DNA from: an uncultured Actinomycetota bacterium
GTDB taxonomy: Bacteria; Actinomycetota; Actinomycetes; Jiangellales; Jiangellaceae
Direction: 5' to 3'
Assembly (NCBI GenBank): GCA_963712175.1
Contig: CAVQGZ010000008.1
Coordinates: 212,011 to 276,010 of the forward strand
DNA length: 64,000 nucleotides
The number at the start of each line of letters is the position of its first letter. Position 1 is the stretch's first letter. The notes beneath the pieces were generated by a model. That model had not been told where the DNA came from and searched no databases. It saw only the letters and a list, made by a program, of their open reading frames with translations. Below are positions 55,001 through 64,000 of the stretch, in pieces. Position numbers and translations under genes: made by a program.

Positions 55001-58000
55001 GCCAACGGCAACCCGGCCGAGCGTGTCCGTGACGGCGCGAAAGTCGGGCTTCTGGCAGCTCAACCGCTTCCCGGCGCTCGACCCCGACGACGCGGGGTCG
55101 GTTGTCGACCTCGGGGACCTGCCGCTGGTCGAGCAGTGCTTCGGCGTCGCCGGCGGCGGTCGCGTGGTCGACCAGAACGGCGACCCCATCGAGGGCGCCC
55201 GCGTGCGACCTGCAGACCGCCGTCGCCGACGACGTGCTCACCGACGCCGATGGCGCCTTCGAGCTTCGACACTCCGCAGCTGCTCGGCGAGTTCAACCGG
55301 GCGACCGCCGTCCAGTTCCGTGCCTTCACCCCGCCGTACTTCTCCGAGTCCGACAACGACGTCGAGCAGTCGGCCCTCGGCGGCTGCGGCGAGCGCAGCG
55401 AGCCCGTCACGATCGTGCTCAACCGGCCCGAGCCGCAGCCTGCGGACATCGACCTCATCGGTTCGCGGCACGGTGACCGACGCCGACACCGGCGAGCCGC
55501 TGCCGTCGGTCCGTGTCGACATCACGGCTCGATGCGATGGGGTGCTTCGCACCGGGCGGCCGGGACACCTCCGACGCCACAGGTGCCTACGAAGATGTGC
55601 TCACGTTCCGGGGGATCGTGCCGCCGCTCGCCGCCGACGTCAAGGTGCGCGCCGCCGAGCAGGGCTACTTCGTCGAGGAGACGACGGTGCGCGTCGTCGG
55701 TGACGACGCCGTGGTGGTCGACGTGCAGCTGCGTCCGCGGCAGCCCGTGTCGCTCACCGGCCGAGTCACCGACGTCGAGACCGGTGAGCCGATCGAGGGC
55801 ATCCGCCTGCGCACGTCGAACGGCTTCACCAACGTCTCCACCGACTCCGAGGCCGACGGGACGTACGCGTTCGACGAGCTCTTCCTGCTGATCCAGGACG
55901 GCGAGGACGTCGCTCGGTCGGCCTCTGTCGAGGTGTTCGAACCTGCCGTGAGCCGGGCAGGACCCGCAGTACTACGCCACCGACCTGCGCACCACGTTGT
56001 TCCCCGACCGGCCGAACGTCCTCGATGTCGAGCTGCTGCGCATCTGCGAGGGGTTCTCGGTCAACGGCGTCGTCCTCAACGCGGCGACCGGAGAGCCGAT
56101 CGAGGGCGCAAGGGTCTCGGCCCGCAACACGTCCACGCTGCACCGACGCGAACGGGCGCTACGAGCTCACCGACATCGAGGTCAGCCCGCTCAACAAGCC
56201 GCTGACCACGACCGTGCGGGCGAGCGCCGAGGGCTTCTTCGACGGGTCCGTCGAGATCACCGGGTTCTGCGGCGCCAGCATCAGCGCCGACTTCGGCGTG
56301 CCGCCCGGTGGCGTCGGCACCGTGAGCGGAACGGTGACCGACGCCGCCACCGGCGACCCGCTCGCCGACGTCTTCGTCGGCTCGTCCTGGGGTCGAGGTG
56401 ACGTCCACGGACGCGGCCGGCGAGTACTCGTTCGACGACGCCCCGCTGCAGTCCGACGGCAGCCCGCGCGACTGGGTGATCACCGCTGAGCGCGACGGTG
56501 ACCGTCAGGACAAGCCGGTCACGGTCAGCGCCGACGCCGCCGCGGTCGTGGACTTCGACGTTCAGCGACGCAGGACGCGCCACCCGTCGCCGACGACCAG
56601 ACGGTGCAGACCGAGGCGGGCGTGCCGCTCGACGTGACGCTGACGGGCCGCGACCCCGACGGCGACGAGGTCACGTTCGACCGTGACGTCGCCACCGTCG
56701 GGCGGCGACCTCACCGGTACGCCGCCCACGCTCACCTACACGCCGCGGGACGGCGTCGACGGCACGGACTCGTTCGAGTTCACCGCCACTGCCAACGGCG
56801 TGGTCAGCGAGCCCGCCGACGGTCACCATCGAGGTGCTCGAGCCGGTCACGAACCCGCCGACGATCGACCTGCCGGCCAGAGCGTCGAGGTGCTGGCCGG
56901 GCAGTCGGTCGACATCCCGGTGGCCGGCAACGACCTCGACGGAGACGCGCTGGCGTTCGCGCCTGATCGGTGATGCCGGCGGACGGGCCTCGCTCGCCGA
57001 CGGCGACCCGGGCCGAGCGACCGTCACGTTCGACACGACCGAGGCCGACGCCGGGTCGTCGTTCGACGTCACCGTCGAGGTCGAGGCCCAGGACGGCACG
57101 GCCGCGGGCACCGTGCGTGTCGAGGTCACCGCGCCGGTCGTCGAACGCGCCGCCGGAGCCCGACATCACGTTCCCGACGCCGGTCGATGGAGGGCGACAC
57201 GGTGACCTTCGACGGCTCGGGCTCGAGCGACCCGGAAGGCACCGACCTGGACCTACGCCTGGACACTGGTCGACTTCGACGGCGCACCCGTCGCCACGGG
57301 CACGGGGCCGACACTGGACGTCACGTTCGCCGACGACTTCGTCGGCGGCGTCCAGCTGACGGTGACCGACCCGTCCGGCAACGACGCCATGCTCGAGCAA
57401 GGCGTCGTCGCGGCCAACGTGGCGCCGTCCCCGAGCATCGACACCGTGACGTCCGACAGCGACCCGACCGTCGGGCAGCCGGTGTCGCTGCAGGGCACGA
57501 TCGCCGACGCCGGGCCTGACGACACGCACACCGTCACGGTCGACTGGGGTGACGGGACCTCGGAGCCGGTCATCCCGAGCGGACGTGCCTGGGGCGCGTC
57601 GCACACCTATCGGTTCCAGGGCGAGGTGACTCTCACCGTCCGCGTGACCGACGACGACGGCGACGACGGCGCCGTGAGCCGAGTTCTCACGGTGGCTGCG
57701 GCCCCCGACGACGAGTCAGGCGAGAACGCCGCGCCGACCGCGCAAGACGTCACGGTCGAGACCACCGCCGGCGAGCCGGTCGACCTGCGCCTCGAGGGCG
57801 ATGACCCCGACGGTGACCCGGTGACCTTCGCCTTGCTGACCCAGCCGCGCGACGGCTCGTTGTCCGGGACGGCGCCGAACCTGCGCTACACCCCCGACGA
57901 CGGGTTCGACGGCATCGACACGTTCACGTACATCGCAAGCGACAACCTGCTGGACAGCGATCCAGCCACGGTGACAGTGACGGTCACTGCCGGCGACAGC

Positions 58001-58246
58001 AGTGCCGCCCAGCCCAGCGTCGCCGACTCCGCGGCGCCCCCTGTGCGTTGGCCGAGCGCGGGCCCCACGTCAGGGCCATCGACTTCGAGCTCGCCGCCGC
58101 CTGCTGCCGGGGTGGGGTCAGACCCCCACCCCGAGTACCTGGCCAGCACCGGGGGTTCGGTGCGTCAGGCCCTGCTGCTCGCGATGGTGCTGATCGGGGC
58201 CGGGGCGGGCATCCGCATGCTCCGTCCACGGCCCCGATCCGGATAG
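49018..58246 (+). pseudogene. giant LAxTG-anchored subtilisin (S8) multidomain surface protein, dozens of frame changes as assembled
   Basis: GTG 49018 with a signal-like VLLVLAALLSVPLVP.
- Cupredoxin-like region: LEPGGDVTWRNRSG.
- S8 triad: VVLDSGF (D 49952-54), DDHGNEVAGIIGA (H 50054-56), GTSLAAPVVAG (S 50814-16).
- Dockerin/EF-hand-like: DINLDG, FDFNGDGEVS.
- NxxGxVxF repeats: INGDGDVAF, LNDSGEVVF, INADGRVVF, ISDTGDVIAF.
- PKD-like: SSDPDGDPRSIAWDLNDDG; VTVDWGDGT.
- At least 5 carboxypeptidase-regulatory-like units: GRVTDVETGEPIEG...TDSEADGTYAF and others.
- Cadherin/Ig-like units: TYTPRDGVDGTDSFEF; RYTPDDGFDGIDTFTY.
Ends with the sorting signal. Only 57362-58246 is a single clean frame. 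Confidence 0.75.
58139..58246 (+). other. sortase sorting signal (LASTG + TM helix + basic tail)
   Basis: LASTG (58139-58153), then GSVRQALLLAMVLIGAGAGI and RMLRPRPRSG*. The LAxTG form is the class E sortase motif of Actinobacteria. Confidence 0.7.
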
Positions 58247-58247
58247 C

Positions 58248-58826
58248 TCAGGCGTCGGAGTCGGTCTCCGCGTCACCGCCTGGGCCGAACCCGAGGCCTG
58301 CGCCCATGCCCGGAGAGCCGGCGTCTGGCCCACGGCCGTGCCCGCCACGTGGGCCACCGGGGCCGAAGCCCTCGAGCCCGCGACCCTCACCGTTCATGAG
58401 GGCCTCGACGTGCTCGGCGACGTTGGCCTCGGCTTCGGCAAGGCGCTCCTGCGCCCGCTCAGTGAGCAGCTGGGCGACCGCGTCGGCGTTGTCACCGGCG
58501 ATGTCGGACAGCGTCTCACCGTCGCGAAGCCTCTCCTGCAGCTGCTCCGGTGTCACACCGGCCGCGTCCGCAAGCTCTTGCATGTGCTGCTCGCGCAGCT
58601 GCTCGCGCTCCTGCTGGCGCTGCTGCCGCTCCTCCTGCGCCTGGTCCCGAACGCGCTCGAAGGCGTCGGCGTCCTCCTGGGTGATGGTGCCCTCCTCGAC
58701 CCAGGTCTGCAGCCGCTCCTGAGCCCGCTCCTGGCCGCCACTGCCGGCGGCCACCGCCACGCCGGTCACCCCGGCCACGGTCATGCCGCCGACGGCGATC
58801 GCTGCGATCGTCCTCTTGGTCCACAT
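58248..58826 (-). CDS. secreted/anchored helical protein, hypothetical
   Basis: 192 aa: N-terminal signal/anchor (IAAIAVGGMTVAGVTGVAVAA), Glu/Gln/Arg-rich helices and a Gly-rich tail. Convergent with the giant gene, 1-nt gap. Confidence 0.7.
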   Translation of the reverse strand: MWTKRTIAAIAVGGMTVAGVTGVAVAAGSGGQERAQERLQTWVEEGTITQEDADAFERVRDQAQEERQQRQQEREQLREQHMQELADAAGVTPEQLQERLRDGETLSDIAGDNADAVAQLLTERAQERLAEAEANVAEHVEALMNGEGRGLEGFGPGGPRGGHGRGPDAGSPGMGAGLGFGPGGDAETDSDA

Positions 58827-58969
58827 GGTGATCTCCTCTCGTCGTATGACACGAAGGTCCCGCGGCGAGGCAAGGATGATGTGCCGTCCGTGGTGAGAAG
58901 CCGGTAAGAACCTCGACCCGTCCCGGCTCGGGCGAACCCAGCGAGCCTCCGACGCAGCACAATGGGCTC

Positions 58970-59674
58970 GTGGTGGGACACGCGCGCGTGCTGGTGGTCG
59001 ACGACGACCGTGCGCTGCGCGACGCCGTCACGCGCGCTCTGCGGCTGGAGGGCTACGAGGGCATCGACGCGGCGGACGGCGCACAGGCGCTCGCGCAGGT
59101 CGAGTCGCAGCGACCCGACGCGGTCATCCTCGACCTGGGCCTCCCGACGATCGACGGCATCACGGTCTGCCAGGTGCTGCGGGCGCGCGGTGACCGCACG
59201 CCCATCCTGGTCCTCACCGCGCGCACGGAGGTGAGCGACCGTGTCCAGGGCCTGGACGCCGGCGCTGACGACTTCATGTCCAAGCCCTTCGCCCTCGAGG
59301 AGCTGCTCGCCCGGCTGCGGGCGCTGCTACGCCGCACCTCCGTGGCCGACGACGACGGCGCCTCGCCGGGTGGCGACGATCTCGTCCTGGCCGACCTGCG
59401 GGTCAGCCCTGGCCAGCGGCGGGTCTGGCGAGGTGAGCGCGAGATCGACCTGACCAAGACCGAGTTCGACCTGCTGGAGCTCCTTGTCCGCAACGCCGGC
59501 ATCGTTCTCGACCGATCGACGATCCATGACCGCATCTGGGGTTACGACTTCGGGCCTGACTCCAAGAACCTCACCGTCTACATGGGCTACTTGCGCTCCA
59601 AGACCGAGGGCGACGGTGAGCCCCGGCTGCTGCACACCGTCCGTGGCGTCGGCTACGTGGCCCGCGAGGGCTGA
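58970..59674 (+). CDS. OmpR-family response regulator
   Basis: VLVVDDD, VILDLGLPTIDG, KPF, and a winged helix (LTKTEFDLLELL..., VRGVGYV). Confidence 0.9.
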   Translation: MVGHARVLVVDDDRALRDAVTRALRLEGYEGIDAADGAQALAQVESQRPDAVILDLGLPTIDGITVCQVLRARGDRTPILVLTARTEVSDRVQGLDAGADDFMSKPFALEELLARLRALLRRTSVADDDGASPGGDDLVLADLRVSPGQRRVWRGEREIDLTKTEFDLLELLVRNAGIVLDRSTIHDRIWGYDFGPDSKNLTVYMGYLRSKTEGDGEPRLLHTVRGVGYVAREG

Positions 59675-59677
59675 ACG

Positions 59678-61050
59678 ATGAGCTTTCGCGCGCGCATCAC
59701 CCTTCTCGTCGCCGTCGTCGTGGGGCTGGCCGTGGCGGTGATGGCCCTCGCGTCGCTGCAAGCGACCCGGGCGCAGGTCTACGGCGAGCTGGACCGAGCC
59801 CTGGCTCAGGTGGCCCGGGTGGCCGACAACGGTGCCACCGTGCGGCCGGGTCCCGGCACGTCACCCGGTCCCGGCCCCGGCGGGATGGGGGTGCTCTGCC
59901 GGGAGTGCTGCGCGTCAGCGACGCCGTCGTCGTCCAGGTGCACGGGCCTGACGGGGGAGTGCGGCTGGTGTCAGGAGCTGCGACGGTGCCGGTCGACGAG
60001 GGCGTTGTCGCCTCTGCGGTGTCGGGCACGGTCACCACGTTCACCTCCGAGGTTGCCGGGATGCCCGTTCGTGGCCTGGCCCGGCCGGTCCTGGGTGACA
60101 GCGCGCTGGTCGTTGCTGTCGATGCCAGCGAGCAGCAGCGAGTGCTGCGGGCGCTGCTGGTGAGGTTCTGGGTCATCGGCCTGATGGTGGCCGGGGCGGC
60201 GGCGGTAGCGGGGTGGTTCGCGGCAGGACGACTCGTGGCCCCGCTTGCCAGGCTGACGTCAGCGGCCGAGCACGTCAGCGCGACCGGCAACCTGGAGGTC
60301 GACGTCCGGACCGATCAGCCGGACGAGGCGGGCCGGCTCTCTCGCGCCTTCGACGAGATGCTGGCCGCGCTCGCCTCCTCCCAGGCTGCCCAGAAGCGCC
60401 TGGTCGACGACGCCGGACACGAGCTGCGCACGCCGATCACGTCCATCCTCAGCAACGCCGAGGTGCTCAAGCGCCACCCCGAGATCGACGCCGGGACGCG
60501 TGAGCAGATCGCCGACGACGTGATCGCTGAGTCGCAGGAGCTCACCCGGCTGGTGAACGCACTCGTGGACCTGGCTGGGGTCGCTGGTGACGCCGAGGAG
60601 CCGCAGACCATCACCGTGGCCGATGTCGCCGAGGCGGCTGTGCGTCGGCTGCCGCCGCAGCAGCGATCCCGGGTCTCGGTCGTGGGGGGTGCTGACGTGC
60701 CAGCAACGATGCGCGTCGGACAGGTGCAGCGCGCCCTGGTGAACCTGCTGACGAACGCGGTGAAGTTCGACCCCTCAGGCGGCCCGATCGTTCTCGAGGT
60801 CTCGTCCGCCGGCGGCTGGGTCGACCTCGCAGTGCGCGACCACGGACCCGGGATCGACGAGGGCGACCTGCCACACGTGTTCGCCCGCTTCTACCGCGCC
60901 GAGGCGGCGCGCAGCACCCCCGGATCCGGCCTGGGCCTGTCGATCGTCCGCGACGTCGCCCAGCGCAACGGTGGCGGCGTGAGCGCCTCGAACCATCCCG
61001 ATGGGGGCGCGGTGGTGCGCATGTCGCTCCCGGTGCGGGCGCCGGACTAA
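59678..61050 (+). pseudogene. sensor histidine kinase, one frameshift near 59870-59885 as assembled
   Basis: The N-terminal TM segment (ORF 59678..) reads to ...GPGTSPGPGPG in frame 2. The rest (RDGGALPGVLRVSDAVVVQV..., HAMP, H-box DAGHELRTPIT, N-box LLTNAVKF, GSGLGLSIV) is in frame 1, ending at 61050. Confidence 0.8.
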
Positions 61051-61061
61051 CCTGCCCCGTC

Positions 61062-61835
61062 GTGCGTGACCTCCTCGCGGCTGCTGGGTCGCTCCTCTTC
61101 TGGGGGTTCCTCGTCGTCACGTCCGTGCTGCTGTTCCCCGTGGCGCTGCTGCTGTGGGCGCTGACGCGCCCGTTCGACCCGCGCACCCGTGCGCTGCACT
61201 GGTTCACCTGCTTCTGGGCCTCGCTCTACACCTGGTGCAACCCGTTGTGGCGCGTGCGGATCAGCGGCAAGGCCCACATCCGTCCGGGCGCGACGTACGT
61301 GATGGTGGCCAACCACCAGTCGTTGGTCGACATCCTGGTGCTGTTCCGGCTGTTCGTCGCGTTCAGCTGGGTGAGCAAGGAGGAGAACTTCTCCGTCCCG
61401 TTCATCGGCTGGAACATGCGCCTGAACGGCTACATCCCGCTCAGGCGCGGCGACAAGGCCAGTGCCGCGGTGATGATGGACGCCTGCCGGGCGACGCTGA
61501 GCGAGCAGACGTCGGTCATGATGTTCCCCGAGGGCACCCGCTCGCGCACCGGAGAGCTGCAGGCGTTCAAGCCCGGCGCCTTCCAGCTGGCGCTCGAGAC
61601 CGGCTGTGCTCTGCTGCCCATCGTCCTGGACGGGACGTCTCGGGCTCTCCCCAAGCGCGGTTTCGTGCTGCGCGGGCGACAGCGCATCGAGGTTCGGGTG
61701 CTGCCGGAGATCAGCGTGGACGTCGACGACGCCCGCAGCCCGGTCGAGCTGGCCGAGTCGACCCGGGCGGTGGTCGCCGACGCGTTGGCCGTGATGCGCA
61801 GCGGTGCGGCGCGCGAGTTCGGCAGACTCGCGCGC
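61062..61835 (+). CDS. plsC: 1-acyl-sn-glycerol-3-phosphate acyltransferase (PlsC family); no stop before the next gene
   Basis: MVANHQSLVDI (HX4D), FPEGTRS, and an N-terminal TM helix. The ORF continues in frame into the aldo/keto reductase. Confidence 0.8.
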
Positions 61836-62810
<975 letters not shown>

Positions 62811-62872
62811 CCCCGATCCGGCTGGGTGATGGCTGAACCCGTTGGAGCGCCGCCAGCCGGATGGGTGAACCC

Positions 62873-62895
62873 GTTGGTGCGCTGGGCGCACCAAC
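62873..62895. terminator. hairpin between convergent genes (10-bp perfect stem, 3-nt loop)
   Basis: GTTGGTGCGC-TGG-GCGCACCAAC, between the AKR stop (62810) and the acylase stop (62943). Confidence 0.5.
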
Positions 62896-62942
62896 GCATC
62901 CATCGATCGCGCGGTGAGTGCGCCAGCGCGTCCATCGACGGC

Positions 62943-64000
62943 TTAGGGGACGAGGGTGAACTGGGCCTCCGCGTTGCCCTCCACAGCCGTGCGCTCGATG
63001 ACCATGGGGTGGTAGTCGCCCCGTAGCCAGGGGCCGATGCCGTCCGCGTAGTGGGGGCTGCCCACCTGCCCGGACTGGCCCGGCATGAGCTGCCCGCGGC
63101 TCTGGCCCAGGTCGGCGAGGTCGGCGATGAACCGGAAGGGCGGCCCGATCATCACGCCGTCGGCGGTCACGTCGTGCCGAGCCACCTGGGAGTTCCAGAT
63201 CGTGTCGCCGTCCCCGCCCATGGGGTAGGGGCCGCGGTTGAGAAGCCGGTCCAGCGGCGACCTCGTCCCCAGCGCGTGGCGCAGGGTCAGCATGTGCAGC
63301 CGTCCCCACCGCCACCGGACGGGGTCGGCGCCGAACCGGCCCGCCAGCTCGGCAACCGTGTCGGCCATCACGGCCAGCACCTGCTCCTCGCGACTCTCGC
63401 CGCCGCCGGTGTCCCACCAGTGCGACTCCGGGTCCTCCAGCGTCCGGTCGATCCACTCCCGGCAGCGTTCGCCCATCATGGACGTCTCGGCGATCACCGG
63501 GGTCAGGCCCTGCCCGGTGTACAGCTCGGTCACGTCGCCGAGCCTCGGGCGCAGCAGCCGCTGCGCCAGCGTGATGCTGAAGACCTGGTAGATGGACGCC
63601 GCCGGCGAGTCCGACCCCAGCGTCCCGTCCCACTCGGCCAGCAGACGCAACGCCTCGTCGACCGCGGGGTCCTCTGCCGCCAGCCCCCGCACGGCGGCCG
63701 CGACGCGACGTCCGGACGGCGAGACCTGGTCGAGGTGCATCCGGCGAATCGTGGCCACGTCCACCGGGTCGGCCTCCTCCAGCATCTCGGCGATGCGCTG
63801 GGCCCGGTTGCCGGTCACGAAGTCAGACCCCAGCCAGTACGGGTAGTCGTCGTCGACCACGCGGTTGTTGGCTGTCGCGATCACACCGGACTCCGGGTTC
63901 TCCTGGTGCGGGAGCTCCTCGTACGGGATGAACCCCGTCCACTCGTAGTCACTCGTCCAACCCGGAACCGGGGTACGGCCGTCTCCCGCCGCACGGATGG
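62943..64000 (-). CDS. penicillin acylase (Ntn-hydrolase) family protein, C-terminal part (5' end beyond window)
   Basis: The frame stays open past the tracked start to the window edge (...WTGFIPYEELPHQENPESGVIATANNRVV...). GQSGQVGSPHYAD is near the C-terminus. Confidence 0.85.
   Translation of the reverse strand, partial: IRAAGDGRTPVPGWTSDYEWTGFIPYEELPHQENPESGVIATANNRVVDDDYPYWLGSDFVTGNRAQRIAEMLEEADPVDVATIRRMHLDQVSPSGRRVAAAVRGLAAEDPAVDEALRLLAEWDGTLGSDSPAASIYQVFSITLAQRLLRPRLGDVTELYTGQGLTPVIAETSMMGERCREWIDRTLEDPESHWWDTGGGESREEQVLAVMADTVAELAGRFGADPVRWRWGRLHMLTLRHALGTRSPLDRLLNRGPYPMGGDGDTIWNSQVARHDVTADGVMIGPPFRFIADLADLGQSRGQLMPGQSGQVGSPHYADGIGPWLRGDYHPMVIERTAVEGNAEAQFTLVP

Overview
High-GC (about 70-75% by eye) actinobacterial-type chromosomal segment, tightly packed with about 65 protein-coding genes on both strands; many have overlapping start/stop codons. 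I found no rRNA, tRNA, CRISPR array, transposase, integrase or prophage genes. All family calls are by-eye motif recognition, not database searches.

Content, left to right:
- Di-haem ferric-reductase-like membrane protein + NuoF-like flavoprotein + ferredoxin.
- Two OmpR/histidine-kinase pairs (2.5-4.4 kb and 59.0-61.1 kb).
- Patatin, an HAD dehalogenase, an SDR, an F420-type DDN, hemolysin III, a small HNH protein, PAP2, pckG, and two CNNM/DUF21-CBS proteins.
- A five-gene sulfide/sulfur-relay operon: HTH/PocR-like regulator, SQR-like flavoprotein, DUF1641, single-Cys TusE, DsrE.
- YrdC/TsaC, YihY, DUF2254, a Na+/H+ antiporter and a ClC channel.
- A complete AmmeMemoRadiSam triad (radical SAM, Memo, AMMECR1).
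- MarR, a tocopherol-cyclase-like protein, GH3 beta-glucosidase, a cNMP-binding protein, a metallophosphoesterase and two tandem pirins.
- A glutaredoxin-like/thioredoxin-reductase fusion, a zinc-ribbon membrane protein, FmdB and a YjeF_N epimerase.
- A HepT/MNT toxin-antitoxin pair and a DinB-like protein.
- An approximately 9.2 kb LAxTG-anchored subtilisin (S8) multidomain surface-protein gene.
- PlsC, an aldo/keto reductase and a truncated penicillin-acylase gene.

I see no unambiguous novel system. The best candidates for follow-up are:
- the AmmeMemoRadiSam triad;
- the PocR-regulated SQR-DUF1641-TusE-DsrE operon, with its CCTGCAT repeat array;
- the split NOX-like FRD/NuoF/ferredoxin module;
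- a roughly 100 bp palindromic intergenic element present twice;
- a sharply bounded 10.7 kb block (46.7-57.4 kb) where essentially every gene is broken by single-base frame changes while the flanks are nearly clean. The three sites I resolved to a single surplus base — two isolated ones outside the block (4381, 6944) and one inside it (49218-49220) — are each one extra base in a short G/C run, so consensus indel error is the leading explanation.
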